A stretch of DNA of 64,000 nucleotides from an uncultured bacterium (GTDB taxonomy: Bacteria; Patescibacteriota; Saccharimonadia; UBA4664): NCBI GenBank assembly GCA_963720265.1, contig CAVRET010000002.1:584704-648703 (forward strand). The letters run 5' to 3'. A program made the translations under genes and the position numbers. Positions within the stretch are counted from its first letter, which is position 1, and the number at the start of each line of letters is the position of its first letter. This document shows positions 18,866 to 27,923 of this stretch, piece by piece. A model generated the notes under the pieces. The model made no database searches. It was not told the DNA's origin and worked only from the letters and a program-made list of their open reading frames with translations.

Positions 18866-18895
18866 CAATTAACTAAATAGAGGTGAGGCATAGCT

Positions 18896-19471
18896 ATGAC
18901 TAGACGCTCATTTGCAATCGCCCGGGCCGCTGCCACGATCGGCGGTATGGGTGCGTTAATAATTGGAGCGACGATGGCCGCTACCAATGTCGGCACCGTG
19001 GCGCTAACGGCCAATTCGTTCGCGACCACGTCCACCGGCTTACAGATTTCCAACGATGGCAGCACATTTAGTGACACCGCCACCGGGTTTGACTTTGGCA
19101 GTCTTACGACGGGTGGTACATCAACTAAAGAAAACATGTGGCTTCAGGACACCTCAGGTGGCACGACACCACTCGGCATTACGCTCGCTGCGGCCAATGT
19201 CGGCGCGCTCACCGGCCTGAATCCCGCCGACGTCATGGTAAACGTCGAAGCCCACGGCGGCTCCACGGTTGATAGCTTCTCGCTCTCGTCTCTGGAATCA
19301 AGCACACCGGCGCTCAGCGCGGCCAACGAGCCGACCATTGAAAGCGACGGCACGCCGGTCCCGACCGAGTACGACGTTTGGCTGTCACTCAGCTCCGGCG
19401 CCGTTACCGGCACCACGGATCCTACGAGCAACACGTTTGACCTCAACTTCACCGGAACGAGTAGTTCGTAA
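18896..19471 (+). CDS. TasA/camelysin-like secreted protein with a SipW-cognate-type signal peptide (paralog 2)
   Basis: MTRRSFAIARAAATIGGMGALIIGATMAATNVGTVALTANSFATTSTG resembles the SipW-cognate signal class. Thr/Ser/Gly-rich body; followed 3 nt later by the SipW paralog. Confidence 0.5.
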   Translation: MTRRSFAIARAAATIGGMGALIIGATMAATNVGTVALTANSFATTSTGLQISNDGSTFSDTATGFDFGSLTTGGTSTKENMWLQDTSGGTTPLGITLAAANVGALTGLNPADVMVNVEAHGGSTVDSFSLSSLESSTPALSAANEPTIESDGTPVPTEYDVWLSLSSGAVTGTTDPTSNTFDLNFTGTSSS

Positions 19472-19473
19472 CC

Positions 19474-20496
19474 ATGAGGGCGCCTACGCAAGCTTTCCGC
19501 TGGATTGGCCTGGCCGCATACGCGGGCCTCGCCACGCTCATCATCCTCTTTCTCACGCCCATTGGTGGTTGGAAGGCCCTTGATGTGCTCACGGGAAGCA
19601 TGCGTCCGGCAATTCAGCCGGGCGCCCTTGTCATCATTCATCGTGTACCACTCAGTTCGGTTCATCCCGGCAATGTGGTCACCTATGTTAATCCGCACGA
19701 TACCAAAGAGCTGATCACCCACCGGGTGCAGTCAGTCAATAAGGTCAACGGCGTCACCATGGTGACGGTCAAGGGCGATGCCAATACCATCGCCGACCCG
19801 CCGTTTGCCGGGGGCCAAATTCAGGGCCGGGTGGCAACGATTGTGCCCTATGCCGGTCGTGTGCTCAATGTTATCCACAATCCCTATGGTCTGGCGCTGC
19901 TCGTCATTTTGCCGGCCCTATTTGTAATATGGATCGAAGCTAGGAGGTTGATGGGCGTGCTGGTTGAAGAATCCGACCCCGCGACGCCCGGCTCAGGCCG
20001 CTCCGGCGGTCTGCCGGTAGCAATCCGCTTTCGCCGCCCCCGGGAGATTAAGCAAACAGACGCAGGCCGACCACTCGACGGTATGCGCCGGCTCGCGGTG
20101 TTGCCGGTCGTGGCCATCGCCTTGGCCGTATTCGCGGTTGGAGTAACACTGGCCGCGCTCACCAGCACGGTCTCGCTCACCGGCAACAGCTTCCAAACCC
20201 AAGTCAGCGGCTCGCCCAGCCCCACGCCTTCTCCTAGTGGCAGTCCAACTCCATCGCCCTCGGGTTCGCCCACGCCGTCCGGCTCACCGTCGCCGACTGC
20301 TTCACCTTGCCCCACCAATGTCTCAATTACTGACACCGGTGCCGGCTCTACTAACATCGTGCGCTGCACCTCCAAGACCATCATTACCAACTCAAATTCA
20401 AACAACGTAAGCGTTACGAATTCAAATCATCAGTCCACCTCGGGTGGCGGTTCCAGTACCAACACTCAGACCACCAACATTAACGTCACCTATTAG
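19474..20496 (+). CDS. sipW: signal peptidase I, SipW type (paralog 2) with a TM, PS-linker and Cys-motif C-terminal extension
   Basis: TGSMRPAIQPGALVII, VVTYVNP, ITHRVQ, VTVKGDANTIADP; extension SPSPTPSPSGSPTPS...PCPTNVSITDTGAGSTNIVRCTSK. Confidence 0.7.
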   Translation: MRAPTQAFRWIGLAAYAGLATLIILFLTPIGGWKALDVLTGSMRPAIQPGALVIIHRVPLSSVHPGNVVTYVNPHDTKELITHRVQSVNKVNGVTMVTVKGDANTIADPPFAGGQIQGRVATIVPYAGRVLNVIHNPYGLALLVILPALFVIWIEARRLMGVLVEESDPATPGSGRSGGLPVAIRFRRPREIKQTDAGRPLDGMRRLAVLPVVAIALAVFAVGVTLAALTSTVSLTGNSFQTQVSGSPSPTPSPSGSPTPSPSGSPTPSGSPSPTASPCPTNVSITDTGAGSTNIVRCTSKTIITNSNSNNVSVTNSNHQSTSGGGSSTNTQTTNINVTY

Positions 20497-20543
20497 GGCT
20501 TCGCGTGAGGCGGCCTTGGGCGACGATTTGTAAAACGTCTTCG

Positions 20544-21371
20544 TTATTTCAATAAGCTCGAAGGGGATGGATTATAGCCGAAAAGTTCTAAGTTCAACTC
20601 AATTACCTCCGGAGTAACAAGACTAGCGTACAAGTTTGCGGCGTCTCTATTGCGGGCGAATAGATGCCATCTGTCAGTAACATCCATGTCTTGAGCACGA
20701 CCCTGTAGAGTGAGACCATCGAATGAACTACCCTCACCAATGCCAGAGACCTGGTTGATGCCTAGGTCTTCGTTTAAGAATCCCAGCTGAATTGCAACCC
20801 TATCTCTGTATTCCTTATTCTGAAACCATTTATCGTAGAGAATAGCAGCGAAATCACCTTCAGACATATTAACGATAGCATGCGCGTTTTCTACCCAAAC
20901 ATCACGCACATCCATCAGGCCAAGGCGATGAATGTTACGCGTCTCGCCTCTAGCCTCGACATTACGGCGTCTCTGTATTTGTGAAGCAATGAGGTTGGGG
21001 AAATTTCTTAATAACAACACGTCAATGCAATTGCTTCGTGTAAAAGTCGTATAATGCTCCTGTAGCCTTCGTTTGGCGAACATCAGGTCTTCATAGCTTA
21101 CGACTACATATCTGGGTCTGCCACGATCAATTGCTGACAGCATGTAGTCTACGTCAAGATACGGTTTTGAGGGATCGGCTGGATGACGCGGTTCATTTAC
21201 GGCATTAAAATGCGCAACCCCACCTTTCTGGCCACGGCTTAGTCCTTCACTAAGCCATCCTATCAAGGCATGATTGCCTGAACGTTTAAGTCCGAAAAAA
21301 TGAATGTACGTCACACTTTGTGACTGACCAGCAATGATAGCTTCTGTACGTAACGAATCTACTTCTGGCAT
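20544..21371 (-). CDS. hypothetical protein, possibly a sulfotransferase-like P-loop fold
   Basis: FFGLKRSGNHALIGWL resembles the 5'-PSB PKSGTT motif of sulfotransferases; lower GC than the surroundings. Confidence 0.3.
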   Translation of the reverse strand: MPEVDSLRTEAIIAGQSQSVTYIHFFGLKRSGNHALIGWLSEGLSRGQKGGVAHFNAVNEPRHPADPSKPYLDVDYMLSAIDRGRPRYVVVSYEDLMFAKRRLQEHYTTFTRSNCIDVLLLRNFPNLIASQIQRRRNVEARGETRNIHRLGLMDVRDVWVENAHAIVNMSEGDFAAILYDKWFQNKEYRDRVAIQLGFLNEDLGINQVSGIGEGSSFDGLTLQGRAQDMDVTDRWHLFARNRDAANLYASLVTPEVIELNLELFGYNPSPSSLLK

Positions 21372-21754
21372 CAGAAGTGCATTATGAGACAGCTACGCAC
21401 CTAACACAACTAACCGTTGGGACCACCGCGAATATAGGGGGCTAACGCCTATCAAACTGCACTATAGATCTAAAGTTTAACTACTTGATCTATAGTCTGG
21501 AGCTTGTAGCAAGAACATAGTTTCTAGCCACGCCGTACATGACCAGCTAGAGCTAGTCAATATAGCTAGAACCGGCCTAGCCGTGACCACAAGGTTCTAG
21601 ACCGTCATGCTCAGCCAAGAACCTACGTGCTCATTTGTCAACGCTCTTCTCGGAATTGGCTGCATGGCGTCAAGATGTACCTGTTTCGGTCTATGCACGA
21701 GTGAAGACTCAATCGTGCTACGCGCTTATGCTTAAATAGGGTACAGTTAAGCCA
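21372..21754. promoter_or_regulatory. long AT-rich divergent intergenic region
   Basis: 383 nt without a convincing ORF between the minus-strand gene start and the GH16 gene. Confidence 0.25.
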
Positions 21755-22894
21755 ATGCCAAAAACTCGAAATAAAAATCTGCCAGGACGCAATGGTCTCG
21801 GCCGTTATTTGCTGGGCGCTGTGGTGATATTAGCTTCCATTGTCATCGGTCTAGTGGTGGTACACGTGAAAGCGGCCGGGCTGGTTGGGGATCTCAATGA
21901 TGACGGTGTGGTCAATGTGCTTGACTTGTCGATTCTGCTAAGCGACTGGGGGCAAACAAACGCCGCCATTGAGCAAAACCTCGGACAAACCGGGCCCGTT
22001 GGCGTCATTGACCTGTCGATCTTGTTGTCTCACTGGGGGGATACTGCCTCGACACCCACACCTTCGCCCAGCCCGTCCCCAGTCGCGGCAGGTTGTGTCA
22101 GCGGCGGCGTGGTTGCACCGTGCATCGGCGGAGCTTCTACGGGCGCCAGCGGTTGGGGGACACCCATATTTGATGACGAGTTTAATGGGACTAGCCTGAA
22201 TACCAGCAACTGGAGTACAGGGTGGTTTGGTAGCGGAATCACCGGTCCAGTCAATAGCCTTGAAGATGATTGTTATAACCCGGACCTCGTAAGTATTTCC
22301 GGGGGTTATCTTGATGAGCAGATTATTCAACAAACCTGCACTGGGCGGCTTGGATCGGAACCATACTCTGCAGGCTACATAACTTCAATGACCTCGGGTG
22401 GAGGTAGTGACTTGTTCGGCTTCACTTACGGCTTCATAGAAGCCCGTATTTACTTCCCGGCAGCGTCCAACGGTGAAGTTGCCAACTGGCCGGCTTTCTG
22501 GCTACAAAGTCTGCATGACGGCAGCCAAACTGCGCCGAATACGGAAATAGATATCGAGGAAGGCCTGCATGGAGCGCTAAGGTGGCATGTGCTTGGGGCC
22601 GGAGGAACTACGGTTTGTACTGATGGCGACACTGGACCAGGATGGCACACTATCGGCCTTGATTGGCAGCCTGGTTCGGCGACTTTCTACTATGACGGTG
22701 TAGCAGTTGGGAGTACTTGCACAAGTAGTGCGCTTGATCCTGCTAATACTGGAGAAATGAGAATAGCTTTGGGCGAACAGACTAGCGCCACCATTGCAGG
22801 GCCGCAGACCGCACCACAAACAATGCAGACCGATTACGTTCGGGTTTGGCCTACAACTGGTACAGTTTATACATACGATGGCAGCTCAAATTAA
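21755..22894 (+). CDS. secreted glycoside hydrolase family 16 (laminarinase/beta-glucanase-like) with an N-terminal dockerin-like repeat pair
   Basis: N-terminal TM/signal, then DLNDDGVVNVLDLSILLSDWGQT and GPVGVIDLSILLSHWGDT (dockerin type I-like). PSPSPSP linker; GH16 catalytic motif EIDIEE, and FWLQS. Confidence 0.6.
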   Translation: MPKTRNKNLPGRNGLGRYLLGAVVILASIVIGLVVVHVKAAGLVGDLNDDGVVNVLDLSILLSDWGQTNAAIEQNLGQTGPVGVIDLSILLSHWGDTASTPTPSPSPSPVAAGCVSGGVVAPCIGGASTGASGWGTPIFDDEFNGTSLNTSNWSTGWFGSGITGPVNSLEDDCYNPDLVSISGGYLDEQIIQQTCTGRLGSEPYSAGYITSMTSGGGSDLFGFTYGFIEARIYFPAASNGEVANWPAFWLQSLHDGSQTAPNTEIDIEEGLHGALRWHVLGAGGTTVCTDGDTGPGWHTIGLDWQPGSATFYYDGVAVGSTCTSSALDPANTGEMRIALGEQTSATIAGPQTAPQTMQTDYVRVWPTTGTVYTYDGSSN

Positions 22895-23007
22895 ATTCAT
22901 ACATAACTAATTAACGGCCACACCCCATTATCGCAAGTATACGATCCTGAGTCGGGCAGGCATCGTGTGTTTTTGCCAAAGCCACGCGCACAGGCCATAA
23001 TGAGCTT

Positions 23008-23847
23008 GTGTTTATCGCAGGCATTCTGTTCAGCTCCACACTATTTGAAGAAATCTCCGAAACCATTGGCAAGAAATCGGTTCGCAAGCGCCGCGAAACC
23101 GTCTATAATTTGGCCTTCTTGAGCCTATTTTGGACACTGACGCTGCTAATTGTGGCAGGCCTCATTGGCGTCAAGTTCGTTGTACAGGAAGCCTCATGGC
23201 CGTTTCTGATCGTGCGCATGATAATCGGAATCGCGCTCAATTTTGTGGCCGCCCAAGCCGTGGTCCAGGCCGATCGCAGCACACTCGGGTTCATCCGTCT
23301 GCTCACAATTCCGCTCGTGCTCGCAACCGACATCATGCTCGGCTACCACCTCACGACGCTCCAAATCGTAGCCGTCTGTGTTATGTTTGTCGGCCTTGTC
23401 GCTGCCTTTCATCATAACCCCACCGGCAAACGCGGTGCCGGCTGGGCCTTGCTGGTGGCAATTCTTGCAGCCGCCGACGCCACACTCTACAAGCACGATA
23501 TTACTCACTACAATTCCGTGGTTGGAGAGCAAGTTGTGGTCTATAGCGCCGTTGTCTTGTTCTTCTATGTCTGCTCGGTCCGGCAGGGCAGCCGGCCGCT
23601 CCATCTGTTGGCACGACCAATTACGGGTATTCAGTCGTTTACCGACGGATGCGGCCTGGCGATTGAAAGCTTCGCCTTCAGCTTCGCCCCGGCGTCGGTG
23701 GTTGTAGCTGCCAAGCGTACCTTCGCCCTCATGTGGTCAATCGTGTTTGGGCATCGCTACTTTCACGAGCACAAATTACATCGCAAACTATTCGCCGGCG
23801 CCGTACTGGCCGTCGGCCTCATTCTGCTCGTCAGCCCCGGCATCTGA
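23008..23847 (+). CDS. EamA/DMT-like membrane protein
   Basis: 279 aa, about 8-10 TM helices; start is a GTG and the N-terminus may be longer. Confidence 0.4.
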   Translation: MFIAGILFSSTLFEEISETIGKKSVRKRRETVYNLAFLSLFWTLTLLIVAGLIGVKFVVQEASWPFLIVRMIIGIALNFVAAQAVVQADRSTLGFIRLLTIPLVLATDIMLGYHLTTLQIVAVCVMFVGLVAAFHHNPTGKRGAGWALLVAILAAADATLYKHDITHYNSVVGEQVVVYSAVVLFFYVCSVRQGSRPLHLLARPITGIQSFTDGCGLAIESFAFSFAPASVVVAAKRTFALMWSIVFGHRYFHEHKLHRKLFAGAVLAVGLILLVSPGI

Positions 23848-23892
23848 TTCGCATATGATATAATATGGATCGAAAGACCAAGGAGGGTAACA

Positions 23893-24315
23893 TTGGTCAA
23901 ACCAGCTCGTCATGAATCATATACTTTGCTCGTCGCAGTCAGCGCCGGGCTCGTGCTGGTATTAATCGCCGACTGGTCATGGAGCCAGGGTCACAGCCTC
24001 AGCGCCAAGCCGGCCGACACCACGGTCACGGTTTCAACGTCACCAAGCCCGTCACCGTCCAGCTCTCCCATGTCTACGCCCACGCCGGCCTCATCGCCGA
24101 CCCCTCAGAGCTCATCGCAAAGCTCCACCACCACGAGCTCGTCCGGCAACAGCTCAAACAACATCACCGTTACCAACACCAACGACCAGACCGCAACCTC
24201 AGGTGCGGCCAACAATCATAATTCCAGCTCGACTAGCGTCACTATCAACGGTAATAACACTACTACCACAACCACTGACAACAACGGCCACGTTACCACC
24301 ACGGTCACGCATTAG
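23893..24315 (+). CDS. membrane-anchored S/T/N-rich low-complexity protein
   Basis: One N-terminal TM, SPSPSPSSSP linker, and an NNITVTNTN...TSVTINGNNTTTTTT tail like the SipW C-terminal tails. Confidence 0.4.
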   Translation: MVKPARHESYTLLVAVSAGLVLVLIADWSWSQGHSLSAKPADTTVTVSTSPSPSPSSSPMSTPTPASSPTPQSSSQSSTTTSSSGNSSNNITVTNTNDQTATSGAANNHNSSSTSVTINGNNTTTTTTDNNGHVTTTVTH

Positions 24316-24336
24316 CGTGTGCTAACATAAAAGCAT

Positions 24337-25758
24337 ATGCTTGCGGCTTCGTTTAAACGCACCAAAATCGTTGCCACCATCGGCCCGTCTTCGAGCTCAC
24401 CTCAAGTGCTCGAGCAGTTGTTGCTCGCAGGCGTAAATATGTTCCGGCTTAACTTCTCGCACGGCACCCAGGCTGAGCACGGCGAGGTTTTTCACCTCGT
24501 GCGCAAACTCTCAGCTCACCACAACCGCCCAGCCGCCTTGTTGGCCGATCTCCAAGGGCCCAAGATCCAGATCGGCATGCTGCCGGCCGACGGTTTGGCG
24601 TTCGTGCGCGGACACCTTGTACGTTTTGCCTACAATGCCGATTACGAAACCTCAGGCATCGTGCCGGTCCGCCACAACATTGCCAAATACTTAAAAAAAG
24701 GCGAGCGCATCTTCCTGCACGACGGCCAGATCGAAGTCGAGGTTGAAAAAATCGAGCGGGAACTCATCACTACCAAAGTGCTCGTGCCCGGCATTTTGCT
24801 GTCTAATCAGGGCATTAATCTCCCCGACACCGATCTTGGCGGCGAAATTACCACAGAAAAAGACCTGTCCGACCTCAAATTCGCGGTTGGGCTGGGCGCC
24901 GATTACGTCGGCTACTCATTTGTACAAACCGCTAGCGACATCGAACATCTGCGCGTCAAACTGAAAAAGCTTGGAGCGCCGGACATGCGAATCATCGCCA
25001 AAATCAAAACCGCCGCCGCCGTGGAGAACCTTGAAGCAGTCGTGGCTGCTACCGACGCCATTATGGTGGCCCGCGGCGATCTCGCCATCGAAACTAAACC
25101 GGAATCAGTACCCGCTGCCCAACGCCGGATGATCGAGCTCGGTAAGCTCTACCGTAAGCCGGTTATCGTGGCCACGCAAATGCTCGAATCCATGATCTCA
25201 GCGCCGGCCCCAACCCGCGCCGAGGTCTCTGATGTCGCCACAGCTGTACTCGAGGGCGCCGACGCCGTTATGCTCTCGGCTGAAAGCGCCGTCGGCCTGT
25301 TCCCGGTCGATACTGTCAAAATGATGAAGCGCATCATCCTCTACACCGAGCGCGAAGAACTAGCCAAACTCCCGACCCCGCCACTGCCCGCATCGTCCCA
25401 CGGCAACCAAACCAACGCCATTTCAGCTGCCGCCGTCGAGCTAGCGCGCCAGCTCCCGGCCAAAGTTATCATTGCCGAAACCAGCTCGGGCCAAACCGCC
25501 AGAAACGTCTCCGCCCTCCGTCCCGGCGTGCCCATCATCATGGTGACCGACCACGAGCGGGTGTATCATCAAATGGCCATTGTGTGGGGCGGCAAGTCGT
25601 TTCTAGTTAACAACATGGACGGCGCCACCGAGCACGTCATTCGTGAGTTAAAGGCCGCCGGCAATGTCGCCACCGGCGATGCTTTGGTAGTAGCTTCGGG
25701 CAACCAGCCCGGCCTCATCGGCGGCACCGACCGTGTACAAATTAAGATCGTGGAGTAG
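24337..25758 (+). CDS. pyk: pyruvate kinase
   Basis: KIVATIGPSS...NMFRLNFSHG, MVARGDLAIE, full 473 aa. Confidence 0.85.
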   Translation: MLAASFKRTKIVATIGPSSSSPQVLEQLLLAGVNMFRLNFSHGTQAEHGEVFHLVRKLSAHHNRPAALLADLQGPKIQIGMLPADGLAFVRGHLVRFAYNADYETSGIVPVRHNIAKYLKKGERIFLHDGQIEVEVEKIERELITTKVLVPGILLSNQGINLPDTDLGGEITTEKDLSDLKFAVGLGADYVGYSFVQTASDIEHLRVKLKKLGAPDMRIIAKIKTAAAVENLEAVVAATDAIMVARGDLAIETKPESVPAAQRRMIELGKLYRKPVIVATQMLESMISAPAPTRAEVSDVATAVLEGADAVMLSAESAVGLFPVDTVKMMKRIILYTEREELAKLPTPPLPASSHGNQTNAISAAAVELARQLPAKVIIAETSSGQTARNVSALRPGVPIIMVTDHERVYHQMAIVWGGKSFLVNNMDGATEHVIRELKAAGNVATGDALVVASGNQPGLIGGTDRVQIKIVE

Positions 25759-25761
25759 CCT

Positions 25762-25992
25762 ATGGAATGCCCCGCCTGCAAATCGCCGATGATTCACTCC
25801 AAAGTTGGCTGGTTGTGCATGAATTGCGGCAACCTCGAACCCACGCGCCATCATCACGAGGACGACAAACCGGCTCATGAAACCAAAGAGCCAGCCAAGC
25901 CTGCACCCAACCACACTGAGTCCAAACCCTCCGCCGTTACCGATATCAAAATCAAAGTCCACAAACACTCACGCAGCGCGAACCCCCGATAA
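25762..25992 (+). CDS. small zinc-ribbon protein with a basic/Pro-rich tail
   Basis: MECPACKSPMIHSKVGWLCMNCG; paralogous to the N-terminus of the 31399 gene. Confidence 0.4.
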   Translation: MECPACKSPMIHSKVGWLCMNCGNLEPTRHHHEDDKPAHETKEPAKPAPNHTESKPSAVTDIKIKVHKHSRSANPR

Positions 25993-26032
25993 CCAGGGGG
26001 CTCACGCCACTGCCCTGGTCATCGGGGGTCTC

Positions 26033-26650
26033 TTAGCGGCGATGAACTCCGGTACGACCGGGCAGTGAGCGCACCGGCACGGAATTCCCGTTCAGCTTAG
26101 CCGCCACATCGACTTGGGAGCTTCCGTGATACACGGCAAGATGCCGCAGTCGTGACAGTCTCCCCGGCCGTCGGTACAGTAGCACACGGTACGGGCCGTA
26201 GCGTTGGACGTACAACAGATACCTCGGGAACTGTTCCCCAACGGCCTTGGCCGCATCCTCCACCTCGGGCGCCACCGCCGTGCTCTCCCAGTTGTAGCAT
26301 TCGCGCTTCCAGCAGACCACGCAGGCGATCACCACAATCTGCCAGACCGCAACCAGCGCGATTATGCCCCCGAGTATTCCGTAATCCCGGTAGAACGAGC
26401 GGTCGGGTGAGAACCGGCCCAGCACCAGGAGTGCTACGGCTACCAGGGCCGCAACCACGGCTCGGTTGCGGCACGGCCGCCATTCATGTGCAGTTACACT
26501 CCAGATGAAGCGAATCATGGGCTGGAGACTGATCTCGCTGATCCGGACCTCTGAGCCCGGTCGTGCGACTTGTGTTATCAAGGCGGCTCCTAAGTTCGGA
26601 GGTTGCTGAGCGATCGGTTCAATTATCCAATAGGAAATGAAGTTTGCCAA
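26033..26650 (-). CDS. hypothetical membrane protein
   Basis: 205-aa ORF; hydrophobic segments AVVAALVAVALLVLG and GIIALVAVWQIVVIACVVCW. Confidence 0.35.
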   Translation of the reverse strand: MANFISYWIIEPIAQQPPNLGAALITQVARPGSEVRISEISLQPMIRFIWSVTAHEWRPCRNRAVVAALVAVALLVLGRFSPDRSFYRDYGILGGIIALVAVWQIVVIACVVCWKRECYNWESTAVAPEVEDAAKAVGEQFPRYLLYVQRYGPYRVLLYRRPGRLSRLRHLAVYHGSSQVDVAAKLNGNSVPVRSLPGRTGVHRR

Positions 26651-26714
26651 ATGCGGCCATCAACGCGCGCAGATCATTTTGGCATGAGCCTGCGCAATCA
26701 ATTACACTAGGCAC

Positions 26715-27923
26715 ATGAACAAACTCACCATCCGCGACATTGACCTTGAAGGTAAAACCATCTTTTCTAGGCTCGATTGGAACGTACCCGTAGACGACGG
26801 CCGCATTGAAGACACTGCGCGCATCGAAGCCACTCACTCTACCATCGAATATCTGGTAGGGAAACACTGCCGCATCGTTATAACGAGTCATCTTGGCCGC
26901 CCGGATGGGAAGCCAAGGCCCGAGTTTAGTCTTGAGCCGGTGGCCAAAAAAGCTGCCCAAGTGCTCGGCCGGCCGGTCGCGTTTGTGCATGATTGCGTCG
27001 GACCCGAGGTCAAGGCCGCGGCTGATGCCCTGAAGCCAGGTGAGCTCCTTTGCCTCGAAAATGTTCGCTTTCACCCCGAAGAAGAGGCCAACGACCCCAA
27101 ATTTGCGAAGCAATTGGCCGAAGATTCCGGTGCTGAAGTATTTGTCTACGATGCTTTTGCCAGCTATCGTCCTCACGCCTCCACCGAAGGGATTTCGCAT
27201 GTTTTGCCCGGCGTGGCCGGATTACTTGTCGAGCGCGAAGTCGATTATATTACCGGCGCGGTCGAGCACCCCAACCGCCCGCTTATTGCCATCATCGGCG
27301 GCGCCAAGGTCTCCACCAAGCTCGGGATTTTGGAAAACCTTATCCCCAAAGTCGACGCGATGCTGCTAACTGGCCCGATTGCCAATACCTTCGCGCACAC
27401 ACGCGGGCTGAGCATTGGTAAAAGTGTCATCGAGCCGAACATGGAAGCCGAGATCCATAAGCTCGAAAAGATCGCCGCCGCCGCCAATACGCAATTGCTC
27501 CTGCCAAACGAAGTGATGGTGTCAACGAGTATTGAAAAAGCCAGCCATCTGCACGCCACCAAGCTGGGAGAAGTTGAAGCGAGCGAATATATTGTTGACG
27601 CCGCACCCAGCTATGCCTCGCAGCTCAGCGCTGAGGTCTTCGACTTCCTCGACTTTGACCACAAGTGCACCGTTATCTGGAACGGCCCGCTCGGCCTAAC
27701 CGAGATCCCTGATTTCCAAGTCGGCTCGCGTGCCATGGCCGAGGCCATCATCAAGCTGCCGGGCTGCACCTCAATTGTAGGCGGTGGCGACACCACCGCC
27801 TACGTCGATGAAGCCGGCCTGCGCGATAAATTCACTTGGGTCTCTACCGGCGGCGGCGCCAGCTTGGAACTCATGAGCGGCAAAGGCCTGCCCTGCGTTG
27901 ACGCCCTGCAAGATAAGCCATGA
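26715..27923 (+). CDS. pgk: phosphoglycerate kinase
   Basis: FSRLDWNVPV, ITSHLGRP, LENVRFHPEEE, GGGDT; 402 aa. Confidence 0.85.
   Translation: MNKLTIRDIDLEGKTIFSRLDWNVPVDDGRIEDTARIEATHSTIEYLVGKHCRIVITSHLGRPDGKPRPEFSLEPVAKKAAQVLGRPVAFVHDCVGPEVKAAADALKPGELLCLENVRFHPEEEANDPKFAKQLAEDSGAEVFVYDAFASYRPHASTEGISHVLPGVAGLLVEREVDYITGAVEHPNRPLIAIIGGAKVSTKLGILENLIPKVDAMLLTGPIANTFAHTRGLSIGKSVIEPNMEAEIHKLEKIAAAANTQLLLPNEVMVSTSIEKASHLHATKLGEVEASEYIVDAAPSYASQLSAEVFDFLDFDHKCTVIWNGPLGLTEIPDFQVGSRAMAEAIIKLPGCTSIVGGGDTTAYVDEAGLRDKFTWVSTGGGASLELMSGKGLPCVDALQDKP

Noticed and set aside
20215-20300. Short tandem DNA periodicity (agcccnacgcc / tcgcc units); similar periodicity at 12330-12370, 24040-24120 and 58280-58350. 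It could be mistaken for CRISPR or microsatellite repeats.
   Set aside because: These are in-frame codon repeats encoding Pro-Ser/Pro-Thr linkers (SPSPTPSPSGSPTPS...) inside long ORFs. They have no regular repeat-spacer structure and are not CRISPR.
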